From: Nostoc sp. KVJ20
Lineage (GTDB): Bacteria > Cyanobacteriota > Cyanobacteriia > Cyanobacteriales > Nostocaceae
Reading direction: 5' to 3'
Length of the DNA: 30,338 bases
Assembly (NCBI RefSeq): GCF_001712795.1
Contig: NZ_KV757576.1
Coordinates: 1-30,338 of the forward strand
The position numbers and the translations under genes are program-made. Positions within the stretch are counted from its first letter, which is position 1. The number at the start of each line of letters is the position of its first letter. Shown one piece after another: positions 25,642 to 30,338 of this stretch. Under the pieces are notes generated by a model. It was given only the letters and a program-made list of their open reading frames with translations. It had not been told where the DNA came from and ran no database searches.

Positions 25642-25753
25642 TACGTTTCCTGACATAAATTATTTACCTAAATATAACGTTTCTTGGCAGATCAACACAG
25701 CGAGCGGTATAAATAGAGTCTTTTCTCTGCGTACCTCTGCGCTTCCCTCCGCG

Positions 25754-26182
25754 TTAAAAAACAATCTCCTCCCTCATCCTCTCTTCCAACACATCCAATA
25801 ACCCATCCACATCCTTACCAGCTTGCTCAAAACAAATCGGTGGTGCTGGTTCCGGTGCAAACTGAATTAACTTAATTTCCCCCTTCCCAATCCCAATCAT
25901 CACAACTTCCACATCCGGTTTGTGATTCTCCACAATTCCCAAAATTTCCTGAAGCCGATTTTCAACTCTAATATTTAAATTCTCTATCTGTTCTTTCGGA
26001 CAATAAACAAAATGCGGCGTTGGTTGCAAATCAATACCAACAGTACCCTTACTGTCACCATTTGCTAACCACAATCCCCAAAACAGCGCCGCCAATTCTT
26101 GCTGATTTGCTTTGACAAACTTATCCAACTGGCGACGCCACTTAGTATCACCTGATTCTGGTTGACTATTACCAAAAAACAT
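25754..26182 (-). CDS. Conserved-looking hypothetical protein (family not recognised)
   Basis: 142 aa from ATG 26182 (MFFGNSQPESGDTKWRRQLDKFVKANQQELAALFWGLW...). The longer ORF-track start at 26227 translates the heptamer array (NYELRITNYEL) and is unlikely to be real. Confidence 0.45.
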   Translation of the reverse strand: MFFGNSQPESGDTKWRRQLDKFVKANQQELAALFWGLWLANGDSKGTVGIDLQPTPHFVYCPKEQIENLNIRVENRLQEILGIVENHKPDVEVVMIGIGKGEIKLIQFAPEPAPPICFEQAGKDVDGLLDVLEERMREEIVF

Positions 26183-26185
26183 AAA

Positions 26186-26217
26186 TAATTCGTAATTCGT
26201 AATTCGTAATTCGTAAT
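26186..26217. repeat. Heptamer tandem array (GTAATTC, the reverse complement of GAATTAC) x about 4.5
   Basis: taattcgtaattcgtaattcgtaattcgtaatt. This is the same heptamer as at 20670-20725 in opposite orientation, and it abuts the start codon of the hypothetical gene. Confidence 0.85.
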
Positions 26218-26240
26218 TAAAACACAAAGAAGGGGGAAAG

Positions 26241-26693
26241 TTATCTTAAGCCTGACTGTACAAGCCAGAGGCCGGAATAGATTCCGTCTTTCTCCAGCAA
26301 TTGCTCGTGGGTTCCCGACTCTACTAATTTCCCATGTTCCATGACATAAATGCAATGGGCATTGCGGATGGTGTAAAGACGATGAGCAATGCCTACGGCG
26401 GGCTTTGCCTACGCAATTGTAGTTTTATCTACTGTAATCCGTTCTAGCGATCGCTGGATTGCCACTTCTGTTTCATTATCCACCGCCGAGGTAGCTTCGT
26501 CTAAAATCAAAAATGTATTGAGGATAGAATAAGTAGTCGCCAGCCAAATTTGTTTACGATACTGGTGTCCATACTCAAGTAAACGCCGGAGAGGATGCGT
26601 TGAATGTTTACGCCTTCTTAATACCCAATGAGATTTGAATACAGTAGCCACGGCTTTTTGCTGTTTCGTGTCACTGATATTACCACGGAACAA
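26241..26693 (-). pseudogene. ABC exporter nucleotide-binding domain remnant, 5'-truncated and interrupted by a stop-bearing repeat insertion
   Basis: The minus strand reads LFRGNISD...(degenerate signature [14 protein letters not shown])...[33 protein letters not shown]-[*AKPAVG]-IAHRLYTIRNAHCIYVMEHGKLVESGTHEQLLEKDGIYSGLWLVQSGLR*. Walker B, the D-loop and the H-loop are recognisable. Walker A and the transmembrane domain are absent. Confidence 0.7.
26384..26417. repeat. Small dispersed repeat, copy 3 (inside the ABC pseudogene)
   Basis: gagcaatgcctacggcgggctttgcctacgcaat. On the coding strand it contributes the in-frame TAG. Confidence 0.6.
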
Positions 26694-26694
26694 A

Positions 26695-26885
26695 GTTCTG
26701 AGTCCTGAGTTCTGAGTCTGAAGATTGATTCAAACAGACTAATGAGACACTTAAATTGGGGACTGGAGACTGGGGATTGGGAATTGGGGACTGGGAATTG
26801 GAGACAATAAGTAGAATAATCACTCCTAACTCCTAACTCAGCACGGGCTAAACGCCCCGCTACGGCTAACAGCACTCAGCACTCA
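26695..26885. repeat. Cluster of several different heptamer arrays (CTGAGTY, GGGGACT/GGGAATT variants, CTCCTAA, AGCACTC)
   Basis: gttctgagtcctgagttctgagtctg; ttggggactggagactggggattgggaattggggactgggaattggagac; actcctaactcctaactc; agcactcagcactca. Confidence 0.8.
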
Positions 26886-26902
26886 ATATTGGAGAGAAGA
26901 AC

Positions 26903-27751
26903 TTGAAAAATCAGGAATTCGGAAATTGGCAAACCACAGTTTTGGGAATTGTGTTAGCAATACTAGTCATTATCGGGTTAAACTCCTTTATCATTATTAA
27001 CCCAGGACAAGCAGGAGTGATAAGTATCTTGGGTAAAGCCAGAGATGGCGCTTTATTGGAAGGTATTCACGTGAAACCGCCTTTTATCACCGTGATAGAT
27101 GTGTATGATTTAACAGTGCAAAAATTTGAAGTACCAGCAGAGAGTTCTACTAAAGATTTGCAAAACTTATCTGCGAGATTTGCGATTAACTTTCGCCTTG
27201 ATCCGATAAAGGTAGTTGAGGTGAGAAGGAAACAAGGAACATTGGAGAATATTGTATCAAAAATCATTGCCCCTCAGACACAAGAAGCATTTAAAATTGC
27301 CGCAGCTAGAAGAACAGTAGAAGAAGCGATTACCAAAAGAAGTGAATTGAAAGAAGATTTTGATCAAGCGTTAGGCGATCGCTTAGACAAATATGGGATA
27401 ATTGTATTAGATACTAGTGTAGTTGATTTAGCATTCTCACCAGAATTTGCCAGAGCAGTCGAAGAAAAACAAATTGCTGAACAACGGGCGCAAAGAGCCG
27501 TTTATGTAGCACGTGAAGCTGAACAAGAAGCACAAGCAGACATTAATCGCGCCAAAGGTAGAGCAGAAGCTCAAAGACTCTTAGCAGAGACACTCAAAGC
27601 CCAAGGAGGGCAGTTGGTTCTGCAAAAAGAAGCAATTGAAGCTTGGAGAACTGGCGGCGCTCAAATGCCCAAAGTCCTCGTAATGGGTAGCGACTCCAAA
27701 AACGGCGTCCCCTTCATATTCAACCTTGGGAATGTCCAAAATCAGCCGTAA
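26903..27751 (+). CDS. SPFH/Band 7 prohibitin-family membrane protein
   Basis: An N-terminal transmembrane helix (TTVLGIVLAILVIIGLNSFIII) is followed by the PHB core (NPGQAGVISILGK...GIHVKPPF...) and a C-terminal Ala/Glu/Gln-rich coiled coil. TTG start. Confidence 0.85.
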   Translation: MKNQEFGNWQTTVLGIVLAILVIIGLNSFIIINPGQAGVISILGKARDGALLEGIHVKPPFITVIDVYDLTVQKFEVPAESSTKDLQNLSARFAINFRLDPIKVVEVRRKQGTLENIVSKIIAPQTQEAFKIAAARRTVEEAITKRSELKEDFDQALGDRLDKYGIIVLDTSVVDLAFSPEFARAVEEKQIAEQRAQRAVYVAREAEQEAQADINRAKGRAEAQRLLAETLKAQGGQLVLQKEAIEAWRTGGAQMPKVLVMGSDSKNGVPFIFNLGNVQNQP

Positions 27752-27921
27752 AAGGGAAGTGGGCATGAGATAACAAGCTCTAAAATTATGTAATTTGCTC
27801 TGAGATCAGAGAAACTTTACAACACTTGGACTATTGCCAATCTAAGATCCAAGACTGTATAAATTGAGCTAGTCCCAACTCCAACACAACAGAAAAACCA
27901 ACCAGACAATAATCGAAGTTT

Positions 27922-28338
27922 ATGTCAACCTCCAATCCTCAAAATCTCACCGCCGAAGAAGCGAAAAAATTACTGAACAAATTCAACTGTCTAGACATTG
28001 CCCCTATCCTCAACTCATCAGAAAAAGTAGTGATTCGTAATGCCTTAATTTTGATCACCAAACTTGCTGATTACCAAATTTTAGGAATTTGTGCTGATAC
28101 AGCAGAAGAAGGAATATTGGCAATGAAAACCTATTCTCTGGCGTTGGGTTATGAACCACCCAACAATTTATCTACACCTGAAGGCCCAGTTTATATCAAA
28201 TTAAATGGCAAAAATGGTTTGTGTTATCTAGATTCCTATGATGGACATCATCGCGGTGTATTAGTATCTTGCCAGTCTTATGACGAAGATGGAATCAACG
28301 AAATGTATGGACACCTTCCCTTGGACTTATTTGCATAG
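27922..28338 (+). CDS. Small conserved cyanobacterial protein (possibly DUF1824-like; family assignment uncertain)
   Basis: A clean 138-aa ORF with an ATG start and non-repetitive composition. The family name comes from memory only. Confidence 0.4.
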   Translation: MSTSNPQNLTAEEAKKLLNKFNCLDIAPILNSSEKVVIRNALILITKLADYQILGICADTAEEGILAMKTYSLALGYEPPNNLSTPEGPVYIKLNGKNGLCYLDSYDGHHRGVLVSCQSYDEDGINEMYGHLPLDLFA

Positions 28339-28409
28339 AATTCGGCAAATGTAGGTAGGGTATTGCCTTGCCTACTCACTAATGAAAAATAATTAATGAC
28401 TTCAATCTT

Positions 28410-30338
28410 ATGAGTATTATTACACTACAGTCAGTTAAAAAAGACTTTGGCATCAAGGAAATTTTAAAAGATGCTAGCTTTAGCCTCGATGCTACCGATA
28501 AAGTTGGTTTAATTGGTACTAACGGTTCGGGGAAATCAACCCTATTAAAAATGATCGCGGGGTTAGAATCGATTGATAGCGGACAAATTTTAATCAACTC
28601 CGGTTCTAAAATTATCTACTTACCGCAGCAACCAGATTTAGATGAAAATCACACAGTTTTAGAGCAAGTTTTTGCTGACAGTGGCGAACATATTGCTATA
28701 GTGCGTGAGTATGAAGAACTCTCAGATAAATTGGCTCACTATCCAGATGATAGCCAACTGATGTCTCGCCTTTCCGTGGTGATGCAACAGATGGATACAA
28801 ATGATGCTTGGGAACTAGAAACTAATGCCAAAATCATCCTGACAAAATTAGGAATTTCTGACTTTGATGCCAAGATAGGCACTTTATCTGGAGGCTATCG
28901 CAAACGCATTGCTTTAGCATCAGCCTTGCTATCAGAACCAGATGTTTTGCTCATGGATGAGCCGACAAACCATCTTGATGCTCTTTCTGTAGAATGGTTA
29001 CAAAGTTACTTAAATCGTTATCGCGGCGCACTTTTTCTGATAACTCACGATCGCTATTTTCTAGATCGCGTTACCAATCGGATCATTGAAATCGACCGAG
29101 GCGACATTTACACTTATACAGGTAACTATTCATATTACCTCGAAAAGAAAGCTTTAGCTGAAGAATCTGCTGTAAGTAGTCAACGTAAACACCAAGGCTT
29201 ATTGCGCCGCGAGTTGGAATGGCTCAAAAAAGGGCCAAAAGCCAGAAGTACCAAGCAAAAAGCGAGAATTGACCGCGCTCACGCTTTGCGGGATACTGAA
29301 TTTAAACAAGTTCAGGGTAAAGTAGATATTTCGACAGTTGGTCGTCGCATTGGCAAAAAGGTTATTGAATTAAATAACGTTTCCAAAGCATACAATGGAC
29401 GCACCCTGATTAATAATTTCACCTACGAATTTAGTCCAGAAGACCGCATTGGCATCATCGGCGCTAACGGTGCTGGTAAATCCACTTTAATGGATATTAT
29501 TACTGGTCAGATTCAGCCAGATTCAGGTGTTGCAGAAATTGGGACAACAATTCACATCGGTTATTTTGACCAGCATTCTGAAGAATTGCTCACAGCATTG
29601 AATGAAAATCAGCGCGTGATTGACTACATCAAAGAAGAAGGAGAATTTATCAAAATTACCGATGGAACTCAAATTACTGCTTCGCAAATGTTAGAGCGGT
29701 TTTTGTTTCCTGGTAATCAACAATATGCCCCAATTAGTAAACTTTCCGGTGGTGAAAAACGCCGTTTATTTCTGTTGCGAGTTTTGATGAGTGCGCCCAA
29801 TGTCTTGATTTTAGATGAACCGACAAACGATTTAGATGTGCAGACATTGGCAGTATTAGAGGATTATTTAGAAGACTTTGTCGGGTGTGTAATTGTAGTT
29901 TCTCACGATCGCTACTTTCTCGATCGCACCATCGACACAGTATTTTCCTTTGAGGAAGGCGGTAATCTGCGGCAATATCCAGGTAATTACTCGATTTATC
30001 TGGACTATAAGAAGGCTGAAGAGGCACAGCTACAGGCTGCGAACGCTAAGGAGAAGCCTAAAAATGTTGAAGTGCAAAATGGTGCGGCTTCACCCAAGGA
30101 GGTAGATAATACCAAGCGGCGGAGATTATCTAATTGGGAAAAGAAAGAATTTGAGCAGTTGGAAGGTAAAATTGCCGAGTTAGAGGCTGAGAAAGAAGAA
30201 ACCGAGAAAACGCTGGCGAATGTATCACCGGGGAATTATAGCCAGGTGCAAAAACTGTATGATCATGTGGAAAAGCTCAAGCACGCGATCGATGTGGCGA
30301 CTGAACGGTGGTTAGAATTGGCAGAGATGGAGTCTTGA
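28410..30338 (+). CDS. ABC-F family ATPase (Uup/EttA-like, two NBDs plus C-terminal coiled coil)
   Basis: Two Walker A motifs (GTNGSGKST, GANGAGKST), two signatures (LSGGYRKR, LSGGEKRR) and two Walker B motifs (LLMDEPTNHLD, LILDEPTNDLD). There is no transmembrane domain. The C-terminal tail is Lys/Glu-rich. The stop is at the last 3 nt of the window. Confidence 0.9.
   Translation: MSIITLQSVKKDFGIKEILKDASFSLDATDKVGLIGTNGSGKSTLLKMIAGLESIDSGQILINSGSKIIYLPQQPDLDENHTVLEQVFADSGEHIAIVREYEELSDKLAHYPDDSQLMSRLSVVMQQMDTNDAWELETNAKIILTKLGISDFDAKIGTLSGGYRKRIALASALLSEPDVLLMDEPTNHLDALSVEWLQSYLNRYRGALFLITHDRYFLDRVTNRIIEIDRGDIYTYTGNYSYYLEKKALAEESAVSSQRKHQGLLRRELEWLKKGPKARSTKQKARIDRAHALRDTEFKQVQGKVDISTVGRRIGKKVIELNNVSKAYNGRTLINNFTYEFSPEDRIGIIGANGAGKSTLMDIITGQIQPDSGVAEIGTTIHIGYFDQHSEELLTALNENQRVIDYIKEEGEFIKITDGTQITASQMLERFLFPGNQQYAPISKLSGGEKRRLFLLRVLMSAPNVLILDEPTNDLDVQTLAVLEDYLEDFVGCVIVVSHDRYFLDRTIDTVFSFEEGGNLRQYPGNYSIYLDYKKAEEAQLQAANAKEKPKNVEVQNGAASPKEVDNTKRRRLSNWEKKEFEQLEGKIAELEAEKEETEKTLANVSPGNYSQVQKLYDHVEKLKHAIDVATERWLELAEMES

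Noticed and set aside
26065-26355. 96-aa ORF spanning the heptamer array and the ABC pseudogene tail
   Set aside because: It is out of frame relative to the recognisable ABC H-loop/C-terminal sequence and runs through the GTAATTC array. It is an artefact.
1-30338. HIP1 octamers (GCGATCGC) scattered through genes and spacers
   Set aside because: This is a real and frequent genome-wide cyanobacterial signature, not a local feature. I used it only as taxonomic evidence.

Overview
This 30.3 kb window looks like chromosomal DNA from a filamentous, heterocyst-forming cyanobacterium (Nostoc/Anabaena type). Three things support that: many HIP1 palindromes (GCGATCGC), numerous 7-bp tandem arrays (STRR-type) in intergenic gaps, and genes typical of the group (ccmK3/ccmK4, a crtR-like hydroxylase, a HetZ-related protein, CYP110-like P450). 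Left to right: the edge of an IS630-type transposase and a PIN-domain remnant; a lipoprotein solute-binding protein tightly followed by a dCache-HAMP-GGDEF diguanylate cyclase; a decayed islet (an HTH ORF with no start codon, small dispersed repeats); a Uma2 endonuclease; a CrtR-like hydroxylase; pyruvate kinase with a PEP-utiliser tail; an M61 peptidase; a minus-strand trio (HetZ-related protein, an ATPase-less PilB/GspE-like protein, a Crp-family regulator); the ccmK3-ccmK4 satellite carboxysome shell locus; an alpha/beta hydrolase; a translationally coupled ParA plus coiled-coil pair that fits McdA/McdB; a P450; a hexapeptide acetyltransferase; a small helical effector-like ORF in frame with an NB-ARC/TPR STAND NTPase across a single UGA; a 21-bp tandem array; vapBC; a conserved hypothetical; an ABC-exporter pseudogene killed by a 21-nt repeat insertion; prohibitin; a small conserved protein; an ABC-F ATPase. 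The best candidate for an undescribed system is the accessory stretch 21.8-25.7 kb: the UGA-split effector/NLR-like NTPase with near-identical TPR units, the phased 21-bp array just downstream, and vapBC. The second candidate is the ParA/coiled-coil pair next to ccmK3/K4. Every call rests on reading the translated ORFs and the DNA by eye. No database search was run.
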